From Bugula neritina (lineage: Eukaryota > Animalia > Bryozoa): 64,000 nucleotides of DNA. The DNA is taken from contig OZ037771.1 of NCBI GenBank assembly GCA_964035545.1, positions 3,359,628 to 3,423,627 of the forward strand, written 5' to 3'. How positions within the stretch are numbered: position 1 is the stretch's first letter; every line of letters starts with the position of its first letter. Under the pieces are notes generated by a model. That model was not told the origin of the DNA and ran no database searches. It worked only from the letters and a program-made list of their open reading frames with translations. Of this stretch, positions 49,163 to 61,267 are shown piece after piece. The position numbers were made by a program, and so were the translations under genes.

Positions 49163-52100
49163 CTAAAAGCTTAAAATCAAGGCTAACAAAATGAAAGTAA
49201 AGTGAGTCCAACGCAAAGAGGGCGCAGTTCCAGTAACATCATTGACGATCTGTTCAAGCAATGTTTTATTGATAGGGAGATCAGTATCCAATGACTTTGA
49301 ACTGGTTGTTTCTGGTGAAGGTCGTTGCGATGAACCAGGTGAAGGTTGTTGGGATGAGCCAGGTGAAGGTCGTTGGGTTGTAAAGGGTGAAGGCTGTTGG
49401 GTTGTAAAGGGTGAAGGCTGTTGGGTTGTAAGGGATGAAGATTGTTGAGGTGAAGACACGGTGGTTCCTTCTGTAGTCGTCAAGTTACCGAAAGTAGCTT
49501 GAGCATCTTCATCTATATTTTGTTCTACGGCTTCATTTAAGGCATCTTCAACATCTAATACTGAATATAAACACAGGTTTGATTTAAATTCTAGACAAAA
49601 TATAAGAATTGCACAGATTTTAATTCAACTCAAATCTACTCAATAAACCCAGCACCAACTGTACCTGGGAAAACACCACCAGAAGCTTGCAAGTCTCCAG
49701 GAGATGGCGTGGTTGTTGGAACTTCAGTAAACGATTCAACTTCATCAACTGCTTCTTCTATCAACTCTTGATCCACAGAAGGAGATTCCACGACACTATT
49801 AACTACTTCTTCTACAGACGAGTAGCTGCTAGCTACAACCTGCCAACACACACAGCAGAACTTAGTAAACAATCAACTATTGGTCAAACAGTTGAAAACC
49901 ATCCAATAAAAACACAACTTACATCATCTTCTGTTCCAGATTCCTGGGCAGCTAGACAGTCATATGAACACATGTCTCCAAAACCATCCACGTCTGCGCA
50001 GACATCATTGCAGTCCACAGACCTCTTACGTCGAAGTTCCTTCTCCTTATTGATTACTTCACTTCTGTCAACTGCATCGGGACATCCATCAACCAGCAGA
50101 CCAGTAGAAGCTTCCAGAAGAGGTCTACTTGACCTCACATATACGTTGACAATCTCTCTGTTGAGAAAAGAGCAGCAGATAACTTATTAGTATAACTAAC
50201 CATATATCTAAAGTAGTGTTGATATTTGCTAGTAGCCCCTGTGGTGTAACGGTTAGCGCAATAGATTGCAAGCCAGAGGTCTGTGGTTCGAATCTCGGTT
50301 GGGGAAATATTTTACATCGGAAAATGAAACAATTTTAAATGATCAGTTGGAGTATTTAATAGTTTCCAAAAAAGTGACTGCTTACATCTTACAGTCCAGG
50401 AAAAACAGTAGACTTACACAAAGTCAGTCAAGAAACACTTAGGGTAGGTTATGCTCACCCTGAAGGATTGCTGAAAGCTATAATTGTTCCAGACTTTAAC
50501 TCTTTGATCACAACTCGCTTTTGACCCTTAACCTCTTGTGTATCTATTGTAAGAGACAGGCTTTGCACATCTGTGAGATGCTGAAATATCACAAGATATC
50601 ATAAATACGCTGAAAAATATCCCTAAAGAATTTCTGACAGATTACACTGTTTATTATTTATTTTATTATTTATTAAAATACTTAAATATAATCTTTTGGC
50701 TATCATCTACGGACTGTTTGAGGGTTGCATGCTCAAACGATTTTATTTCATGATGAATTTTGTGCAAACATGTCTTGAATTAATTTAGGATTTCTGATTA
50801 CTTGTTGATGGCATTTCTAGTCTACGTTGAAGTTTATGGTATATAAAACGAATACTAAGTATTGCTGACTTTCAGTGCATATAATTCTTAGCTGCTGCAT
50901 AAGTGAAATGGTTCAATGATTCGTTTAACAGAATCAGAAGTTTAGGTGAATTTTTCTGGAATATTCTCACTTCATGTTGAACTTCAGCGTCTTCTCCCGC
51001 ACCAGCTTCGTCAGAGCTGAGCTTTTTGCTTATTTTAAACTGTGGAGCTTGTTCTAAATTAGTGAGAGAGTTGAATGTGTATGTCACGTAATCGGCCTTG
51101 TCGTCACCAACTTGCTTTTCCACAATAAACTTCACCTGTAATTCAAACAATGCTTGAAATAAACTACATAATATTTATAATATATAGTTGGTAGTAGACC
51201 CACAGCTATTACTTACACACACCAACAACAGGTACAAATCTCTGAAAAGAAGTAAAAAAATAGAAGCCAATAATTATTTTTGTCACTATTCAATATTTTG
51301 CTAATTAACAAATGCTTGAATAAAAAATTCATTTCTTTCAGTCATGATTTAACCTACATTAACTTATAATATATATTTAACTTATATAAAAGTTATTAGG
51401 ATATGAATATATTTGAAACGACACACTCAAAATTGAACTTAACTCACAAGTTCATCATGGTACATGTGAAGCCATAAATTATGAGATTATATTATATAAC
51501 TATAAAATAAAAGCCTGTAGTATATTGCATTGAATAATATTACAATACATGATGATATATATTATCATATAATGCAATATTGCATCATACCATATGAGAT
51601 GATAAAATATGTTTATTGCTTCATCGCTATTGATCTATTTACATATTACCTAATACCTTCATCAATCTTTACCTAGCTTTAACTAAAGATAATGAACAAA
51701 TAACTAAAAGAGACTATTGGTAAAATTATTCAAAATCTTTAAAACGTCCACAAGTATTCAAACAGACAAGACATAATGCTATCAGAAGAAACAGCAAGTT
51801 GCTATCAGCAATACAGCAATATCAACCTATAAATCTGCTGCTATCATAAAAGGAGAAAATATTTGTACCTCTTTGAAAAAAGTTCCAGTAACAGAACTGG
51901 ACCACCTGGCCAATGTGCCTTCCACTCTAAACCAATCATTAGATATAAGTACAGTTTTTGCAGATGCAACTAGAAGGTCTGAATCTGCACCAGATTCGAG
52001 TTCCAGGGTTTCAGTGGTGGACATATACTCTGGTATAGGCATGGGCGTGGATGTGAAACCCGATGTAGTTGGTGGCAACATAGCTGTTGGAAATGCAGAA

Positions 52101-54691
52101 CTGTCAGGTGCGTTTGTTGCACCGTACAGATATTTGGATTTATAGGTAAAATATTCCAACTCATTACATGTTTCAAACTTGTCGGGATTCTTCAGAGATT
52201 TAACGTGTGGATCACCTACTACCGCAAGTGTGATTCTGTCGTTGGTCTTGAGAGACTAAAACACATAATTCTATATTCATCAGCAACAAAAATTTTTTTA
52301 AAGTATTAATTTAGATAAACATAACATAGGATGTTGTAACAAACTATTTGCATTAAAGCCGAAATATCATAAAATAAAAAAGTTATGGTAGTCATTCAAC
52401 AACTAGTAAAAGTAACATTGAAAGGGCACGCACCAGTTTGGTTTTGTAATTGGACACTTTAGTAGGTATATTCACAATGCCGAATGTGCCGATGCTAATC
52501 ATAGGTAGTACTTGTTTCATGGCTGCTCCCAGGTCTACTTTACGTTGTGCACAGAAAGGATGGAGATGCTTTGCAAGGCATCGAAGAGCTGCCGCTGTAG
52601 TACTGTAAATTTAACAAATGGTTCAAGTTGAAATAACAGCGGCATGAGACAAAAGCTCATTCGAGTATATAACTTTGTCAAGTTTGTATTTCTGTAAGAA
52701 ACGAAAGGTAGGCGCAGTGAGGGAGAAATTTAGAAAAATATTGGCTTGATATATATAATAAGAAAAAGCATCAACATTAAATTAATTAGGGTTAGTATCA
52801 CTTTTCCATTCAGGTAAATTTCAACAAATAGTTTTAATTTTGCAAAATGAATAAATGTTAACAAAAATTTAATGAGCTAACTTGGCAGTTGTCTGTAAGG
52901 TGTCAACTATCTTCATTATATCCATTTCCTTGTCTCTGTTTGACTTCAGTATGGCAGACATAATTACTTCTAGTCTTCCCACAAACTTATTAGTGTGGCA
53001 TGCTTCAATTGCTTTTTCTAATGGCTCAAGCTGGAAAGCTTCAGAAAGAGCTAAAAGATGTACCAAATATTAGAGTGGAATGAAAATTGCTAGACTAGCC
53101 CTCATTAAAGTTGACTACAGTAAACTTTAACTTTAGGTATAAAACACCAAAAAGAAAGGACAACTCTAACAAAGATAACCTTTTTTTTATTGAAATGCTG
53201 TGCAGAGAATTTTTATAACAAACACAGTTAAGTTGAAATATCAGTACACTCACTACTTTATACATACATTTGATATTCATCCAAAAATAAGTTACCATCA
53301 AATAACTTACATGAGGCATCTTGTAATTTATCCGAATCATGAAGGAAACAGGATAGAAAGTTAAAAGCGAATCTATAGTTTACTTTGAGAACTAAAACAC
53401 AGAAACGTAACAATTTTAAACTAAAAATAAAATGCCTGTTAAAAGAACAAACTATTTGTATGAGCCAAATAAAAAAAAAATTTACGCCACTTCACATGAC
53501 AAATAACTCACACTAAACGTCGCCATTTCTTTTATCAAATCTAACTGAGAAAGGTAACCAACTGTAAAATACCTGTGAAGTTTGTGATTATATTTATAAG
53601 AAGCACACAAAAGATATACAATCAGCCTATTCAGGCTGTGTGGTGCTGATATTTTATTTTAGCTCAACCCTCCGATCTGAAATAGCAGTATCTTTCAACC
53701 TTGAACTCTAGTTTCACCTTTCAATGCAGGTTGGCTGGGAATGAAGCCAGAGTTGTCCCTCGTGCACATTCTCAAAGGCAGAGTTTCCATCCAGGGTTTA
53801 ACATCTGGCCATCTGATTCCACACGAAGAGCTGTCAGCTTCTGCCTCCATAGAGTTCCGCATGCATGGCATGAGAATATCGAAAAACCTGAAAAATGAAC
53901 ACCAAAAATAAAATACTACTAGCTGTGTCCTTTATAGCCATAAAATCTTCACCACACACATGAATGAAAATTACTGCTATAAAACTAAACTGTGACTAAG
54001 TATATGCTTACATATAAAACAGTTTTATAATATTTCTGTAATTAAATTGTTAGTTTTGAGGTAATTTGATTGCTAAAATAACATAAAAGACCTGTAGGTT
54101 TTATTTTGATACAAGGCTTATTTGTTACCATCAGAAAGAAACCTCAAATGTTGGAACAAAAATACTATAAAAGCCAACATGTTTCTCTTTATTGTAATTT
54201 GTTAAAAAATGAACTAAGCTAAGCAAACACAAGCAGAAGTGAGACCATAGTGCAAAAATTACGGACTGATCTAAATTGAAACATGACTCAAGCACAAAAA
54301 ACTAATCAAAAGGTCCTTTTCCAAATCAACAGAAGAAAAAATTTCACTTTCTAGGCATGTGCATATTTTAAATTACAATACACTCAGCTTTGAATAAATA
54401 GTTTTCAAAATATTCTCATTTCTAAACAGACCTGCAGAAGTTGCGCACATATCGGGGAAAATTGTCAAAACTAAAAACATTTTCTTCTTCCAAAATTGCT
54501 TTGCTCTCTTCAGCAGAGAAGATTTTGCTGAATTCCTTTGTTAGCAGCTCATGCAGCATAGAGCCGGGCTTAAAGAACTTTATACCGATAGCGTTCTTTA
54601 CATACGACAAAATTGGAACCATTGTGGATAACTAAAACGTATTAAAATACTCGTATGTATTCACCAATTAGCAGCTCTTGAGTAAGTAATT

Positions 54692-54751
<60 letters not shown>

Positions 54752-57700
54752 AAGTCATAAAGAGACTACAATTTAGCTCATGCAACAACTTACATGGTCA
54801 AAAGAAGTTAAACTTTGTAGTTTAGATTTGTCTTCCCCACAGAAACTTTCTGTAAAGCAAAAGCATCGACTTTATAATGTAATATATTTCAGCAGCATAA
54901 ATCTCAACAAGTGTATAACTTTACATCACATTATGTGCGATAGCTAAAATTGATGTTGATGTTGGACCTATCTATAATTCACAATCACAAATTTTAATGA
55001 GAATTTTCACTACACACTTTGGAGTCATTCATATATTTAAGAATTTCCCATATTTTATAAACGGTTTGTAAATAGCCTAAAGCAAGCTAACCAACTTCAA
55101 GGTCATACGTTTCTAGGTCATGTTGAAATAACCAAATACACAGAACAAAGGATAATTCTTGAGCATTTACATTTAAAGCTTTGAGGAGAAAAATGGTATT
55201 AGCCACCAAACATTAGGCCACTGGTGTTGGAACTATCTATAATTCACAATCACAAATTTTAGTGGGAATTTTCACTACACGCTTTGGAGTCATTCATATA
55301 TTTAAGAATTTCCCATGTTTTATAAATGGTTTGTAAATAGCCTAAAGCAAGCTAACCAACTTCAAGGTCATATGTTTCTAGGTCATGTTGAAATAACCAA
55401 ATACACAGAACAAAGGATAATTCTTGTGCATTTACATTTAAAGCTTTGAGAAAAAAATGGTGTTAGCCACCAAACATTAGGCCACACCCATAAAAGTTTG
55501 AATACGCCTGTATATATACAACAAAGCACGGTTCATGAAAAAACTACTAAACTTACCATTAACTACAATTTTTCGCTTCACAAATCCCATCACAGATGTT
55601 GTGGCTTGAAGCAAGTTTGTAAAACCCAGAGTTTGCTCTTTCTCAGCAGACGGTTTCTTAAACAGAAACTTTTCTTTACCTTCTTTAAGAGACTGATAGA
55701 GTTGAATGGCGTTGGAGCATTTGATCTCCGGCTCTGATCCTACAGTTAGAGCTCATTGCAACTGAATCTTAAAACTACAAACTAAAACCTACTTGAGTAC
55801 GATTTATAAAATGGGAAAAAAATGAGTAGTGTATTGCAATGTCAATGCTAAATATAATAAAATGAAAGCAAACTTGCCACATGTGAATTAAATGAACTAA
55901 GACATTATAATTTATTAAATAGATTTCTAACCATTTCTGGAAGTTTTTTTTTAGTTTCTTGAAGTCTTTTAAAATATAGATTGATGGCTACATAATATCA
56001 TACATAAACATCTTATATTCTGCAGCCATGTAATCCAAGTTTAAAAAAAAAGTGCGGAACCCCCTCGTGCACCCCTAACTCCACCACTGGTTCACCTCAA
56101 CATCACAATTACTTCATTGGTTAAATTTTTTAGACAGCTTCCTATGACTCAGGGCTATGACTCAGGAGTATTTAAATTAATAAAAAGTTTACCTATTGGT
56201 GCTCATGATATTTGAAATATACACATGACGCCCACACACTGGCGCAAAGTCACTTACTGAAAAAGCGCTGCACCACTTGCAGTGCTGTCATGGTTGGCTC
56301 ACGGGCTCCTTGAATAGAATATTTAGATTTTTCATCAACTACTTCTTCAAAAGCGTCCCAATCAAAGAGTTTCTGTAATATATTTTATATTTCCCACAAC
56401 TTCGTACACCCAAAATCAAAAAGTTCTTTTAATATACAAAACTTGACATTTCCTAAAAAACCTCACACCCATCATATGTTGACACTAATAAAAAAGCCTC
56501 ATTTTATGATTAAGTTAGTATATTGATACACCAATAGTAAGACAGGGTGTAAACTAACAGTGAATTAACCAATAGAAAGATAGTACGAACCTGGGAGGCG
56601 GGGCCATTCAGCACAAACATGTAGAAAGAATGGAGTTCCTCTGCGAATTCCAATCGCATGTTGAAGAGATTCAGAACTTTTTTGACTAGATAAACAAACA
56701 AAAGAAATAACTTGAAATTTTTCAATGCATAAATATTAAACAATTACATAATTTGGTAAAATTTTGAATTAAAATTTTATTTCTGAAATTAAATTGCAAG
56801 TCGTCAAATAGGTTTTTCAAAGCATACCAAATTATAATGCAAATCTTTAAAATATTTAATGTTTAAATATACAACAATAAATTAAAACAACAAACAATCC
56901 AAGCCCACACAAAAATCTAAGACCATATGTTTCAACATTGTGCACTTATTGCTGCAAAACCAGACAACTATTGGTAATTTCAAACTAGACCGTAGTTTGT
57001 AGTGAGATAACTGTATGTCATGCTATTAAAGATTTTCATTTTAAACCCTTTTTGTTTAAAAGCATTTTTAACAAAAACTCTAATACATTATTACTTTTAT
57101 AATTAGTTCAATTGAAGAACATTTCAAATTAAAATGAAATCAGAGACTTTTCTGTTAACTCAAGATTTCCCAAAACGCTTCTTTTCACAGAGAGAGCACA
57201 ACTACCGATTAAAGTAATTAGAATGCTATCAACAAGGGATGCACAAGAGAAGAGAGACAACCAGGACAGTAGAATGCCCTTTATAGCCTGAAAATTATTC
57301 TTTTCAATAGCCAACAAATGGAGGTTGCAATTAAGTCAGCACCTAGTCTACAGGTTAGAACTGAAGCTAATCCTGCAGCCAATCAAATTTTTAGATGGCA
57401 AGACAGCAATAAGCTGAGTGAGTTTATACACCAGCTATGAGTGATATCAAAGCCTACAAATTTACTTTTGAGTTATTATATAATACTAGCACAGTAATGG
57501 TAGTTTTTAAAAGTCTATATAATATAAAGGTTATGAATTTCTTACCTTGAAAAACTTTAAGGAGTTCTGTTGGGAGGTATTTCTCCTTTTGTGATTCAGT
57601 CAGGCCTGCTCTTTGTACAGCCTAAGTTACAAGATAGACAACTCCAAACAATCATTCTCTAAATTTATAGTATTCTTAAACAGATTAGAGCAGAACAGTA

Positions 57701-59825
57701 CTGTGGTTGGAAGCGAGTCATTCTACTTAATTTTGTACACACTTGATGCCTTTAGTTTTCAACTATTTTTCACAATTTTGCTGCTAATGTAGATGTTCTT
57801 GTCTTAAAATGATAAAATATTAGCAAATACAGCTGATCGAAAGATCGACTGTTTTTCTAATTTTGCTCAATTTTTTATGCTTTTTCCTAATTTTTTAGTA
57901 AAGTGCTGACAAGATGTTTTTTTTTCATCACAGTTTGTATTTCTATATTTAGCTCATGACAATGCTGTTGTGCTTTAATTTTGCAGAACCCCCTCCAAGC
58001 AATATTTTATACTTAAAAGCTTCTAAAATCCAAAACTAATCAACATCTTACTCAGCTATTCTCATTAGAGCCAAAGCAAGGCTTTGAGTGGAACAAAGAT
58101 ATTTTACATTCTAAAGTTAACTACTTTATTATGGCACAAATACTTTCATTTAAAATAGATTTAAATAGATTTGAGGCTAATTATTAATCTAAAGTAAAGC
58201 TGATAGTAGAATGAGTTCAATAAAATAGGCCTGACCTTCTGAAAAGAGGGTTGTGACAAAATATATTTATTGAAGGCCTCCGCTGCTTGTACCCTTTCAA
58301 ACTCTGTTTTCTTATCGTTTACAGAAACCACTTCTTTTGACACTACAAGACAAAGAATAATTGTAGTCGTTGATAAAATCCCAAAACTTTACAGACTTTT
58401 CACTCTAAAACAATTCTGAAATATTTATCCAGCAAAAATTACTTGCCTTTATGTTTGAATCTTGCGTATAATTCCTTTTCTGACTTTGAGTTTTGATACC
58501 CGGCACTTGACTTTGTGATATTCATCTCGCTCTTTTGTTAAAAAGGTACATTGAAATACAATAGATTAATTGCTATCCGTTAAGTGTCAACCTTACAATA
58601 TGCTTCAATATACCAGCAGTATGTCTGCTCAATCCTATATGATCTGAAAAAACTGGAATGAGAATATTCACTTCCACTCACCAGTGACACGACATTTCAA
58701 AAATGACAATTGGAAACAATGACTTGGAAAACGAACAATTCACCAATAGACAACTCAAAAATAGACAATTATAAAATGAAGAATATTCAACATGGACTAG
58801 TATCTGGGTGGATCTACAATAACTTTTGTAAACAGGTGCATTTTAAAATTGAAACTATTCGGTATCTAATTCTACTTTCATGAGAGGCCTAGCTGATTCG
58901 GACTTTCTATTTATTGTTGACGTAGTCTATGTTGAATATTCTTCATTTTCCAAAAGATGTCTATTTTCCAAATGCCACTTTCTAATCGTCTATTTTCGAG
59001 TTGTCTATTGGTGAATTGTCCATTTTCCAAATAAATCTTTTACTAATTGACATTTTCGAATGGTCGTGAATTTCACTTACCAGTGTCTGTTCCAAGAACT
59101 TTCTATTGCTTTCCGCAGGACAAGCTACTGAGTAGATGCTGTCATACAACTTCTCTTCTACACGAGGGTGTAAACTCTTTTTCAAATACGCCTTTTCTAT
59201 CAAGTCATATCTTTCCCTTTCTTCCTTGCTCAGCTCATTTAGTCCAAACAAGTACTCTTTTAAAAAGTACGGGTTATCCTTAGCAGGAGAATTCAGTTTA
59301 TCATCAGTGCTTCTCTTTTGAGGCTACAAAACACCACATAAACCTACATAGTGAAAACTTTAGATAGTTCAGTGCATTTATTTGCTATGTCATATCTACA
59401 CACATACACACACGAACCCACGCACACAAATGCGCATAATGGTGCGTACTTATACAATTATATTTTAAGCACCTACTAGTTTGTGTACGAAGCTACCGTA
59501 TGTGTTTTCGACTTGTTCGATTTTGAGTTAAATTAAATTAAAAACTAAATTGCTTTTTGCACACTGTCCTAAAGAACTCGACAATTTTACATTCTCAACT
59601 GACAAACTTTACAGTATATATTCTTGTTTTCAGTAAATTCGCTCACTTTTCGCATAGAACTTTGAGCGCCTTTAGCAAGCTTGACTTTTTCCAACAAACC
59701 TGCAGAGTTCTCAGGAAAAACGTCATCAATACCTAAAACAAGCAGAGGGGCACAAATAGTAGTACTACTAGTACTACTAATAGTACTATTAATAGTAGTA
59801 CTACTAGCACTAATAGTACTACTAT

Positions 59826-59860
<35 letters not shown>

Positions 59861-59868
59861 ATAGTAGC

Positions 59869-59935
<67 letters not shown>

Positions 59936-60169
59936 ATATTAGTAGTATTAGTAGTAGTAGTAGTGGTAGTAGTAGTATTAGTAGTAGTAATAGTAGTAGT
60001 AGTAATAGTAGTAGTACTAGTAGTGGTAGTAGTAATATTAGTAGTATTAGTAGTAGTAGTAGTGGTAGTAGTAGTATTAGTAGTAGTAGTAATATTAGTA
60101 GTAATAATAGTAGTAGTAGTAGTGGTAGTAGTAGTGGTGGTAGTAGTAGTCTTAGTACTACTATTAGTG

Positions 60170-60230
<61 letters not shown>

Positions 60231-61267
60231 TAGTAGTAGTGGTAGTAGTAGTATTAGTAGTAGTAATAGTAGTAGTAGTAGTGGTAGTAGTAATAGTAGT
60301 AGTAGTAGTAGTAATAGTAGTAGTGGTAGTAGTAGTAGTAGTAGTAGTATTAGAAAAAGAGTATTTTATTTTTACTTGAATCCTCATCAACTATGAGTCT
60401 GTCGATTTCCTGCCTGTTCAAGTAGTCACCGATCGAAATAGGACTAGTGTCTTCTACACTATTTGATTTCACGACACTTTTGGTATACACGTTCAACTTG
60501 GGCTTAAAGTACCTCTCCTCTGGTGAGAAATATTCAGTCAGTGTCTTCAGCTTTTCTTTGTTCGGGTATTTGGGAAACCGCAGCGCCTCAGCTACATCAT
60601 ATAGAAAGTATTTCCCCGTTTATAGATTTCAGAATACTTTTGTAGTTATAAAAGAACAATCTCTGGCAACATATTACACATAGCTTCTTCCACATAATAT
60701 CTGCAATACACAGTAACTATTACGGATACACTGTAACAAACTTTCACAAACTGAAATTTAATAAGCAATGATAGATACACACTATGCAGAGGTACTGATC
60801 ATATAGCATACCAGCGCCTTTTGCTACCGTCCACTCTTCATCTAGCCATTTTAAATCCTCATCTTCATTTACCGTGTCTTGTTCGTCTCCACTGAGAACG
60901 TCCAGCATAGAGCTGACAGCCTCTGATGGATATGATTTAACACAACCAGATGGAACTGTAAAACCCCAAAATCAAAATTGACAGCTTGTTAAACTGCTCT
61001 ATCAGCCCACAAACAACACATTTGTCACTAAATACGAGACATCTTGGTTCTCAAAACCTTTAAATTTGACACATGGCTAATTGAATCACACTCACGATCA
61101 GTGCTGAAATCATCGTAGATCTTTCTCATGGCTGAAACTAAACATGGCTTTACAATTTTCAACAAACTAATAGGACCACATGCTGGCTGGTTGGCCTTTG
61201 GTAAAGGTACTCGTCCATTTAAAGCTAAAAATAAAAAAACACACACAATGTAACCTGTGGCAAGCAT
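49163..61267 (-). CDS. Large (~1,270 aa, ~23 exons) secreted GPI-type protein: long unassigned N-terminal region, RGM/vWD-like GDPH domain, S/T/P stalk
   Basis: Phase-consistent exon chain from the signal peptide MLATGYIVCVFLFLALNG (61096-61267) through 60812-60955, 60376-60591, 59647-59732, 59081-59323, 58447-58531, 58236-58342, ~57546-57621, ~56591-56685, ~56258-56372, ~55556-55739, ~54794-54849, ~54431-54631, ~53719-53887, ~53514-53561, ~52882-53050, ~52434-52603, ~51869-52255, ~50971-51135, ~50459-50581, ~49923-50157, ~49664-49839 and 49163-49560. Motifs GDPHVKSL..FETC, LISNDWFRVEGT, LLVDGCP, RRKRS and CSYDCL. Hydrophobic C-terminus HFTFILLALILSF* with no cytosolic tail. Confidence 0.8.
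50234..50305 (+). mobile_element. tRNA-like SINE head or tRNA pseudogene in an intron
   Basis: A box TGGTGTAACGG and B box GGTTCGAATCT at tRNA-like spacing, but the acceptor, anticodon and T stems pair poorly. Confidence 0.6.
54693..54750. repeat. (TA)n microsatellite
   Basis: TA tract in an intron. Confidence 0.95.
54960..55485. repeat. Recent ~265-bp tandem duplication (2 copies), intronic
   Basis: gttgga(c/a)ctatctataattcacaatcac...cattaggccac occurs at 54961-55221 and 55226-55485 with few substitutions. Confidence 0.95.
58684..59076. mobile_element. MITE/foldback element with long imperfect inverted arms
   Basis: acaattcaccaatagacaactcaaaaatagacaatta (~58736) is the near-perfect reverse complement of 58983-59019. 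aaaatgaagaatattcaacat pairs with atgttgaatattcttcatttt. Termini GTGA...TCAC, flanked by tcacca/ttacca. Confidence 0.8.
59757..60351. repeat. (TAG/TAC)n microsatellite filling an intron of the RGM-like gene
   Basis: About 595 bp of triplet repeat inside the 643-bp intron 59733-60375. Confidence 0.98.

Noticed and set aside
50234-50305. Functional tRNA-Cys(GCA)
   Set aside because: The stems do not pair properly, so it is treated as a SINE head or pseudogene.
59587-60390. Poly-Thr and poly-Val ORFs
   Set aside because: Intronic (TAG)n repeat. Only 59647-59732 is exon.
60592-60700. Extra coding exon in the RGM-like gene
   Set aside because: All full-length frames hit stops. At most a 21-nt micro-exon (DIMWKKL) is possible, which needs RNA data.
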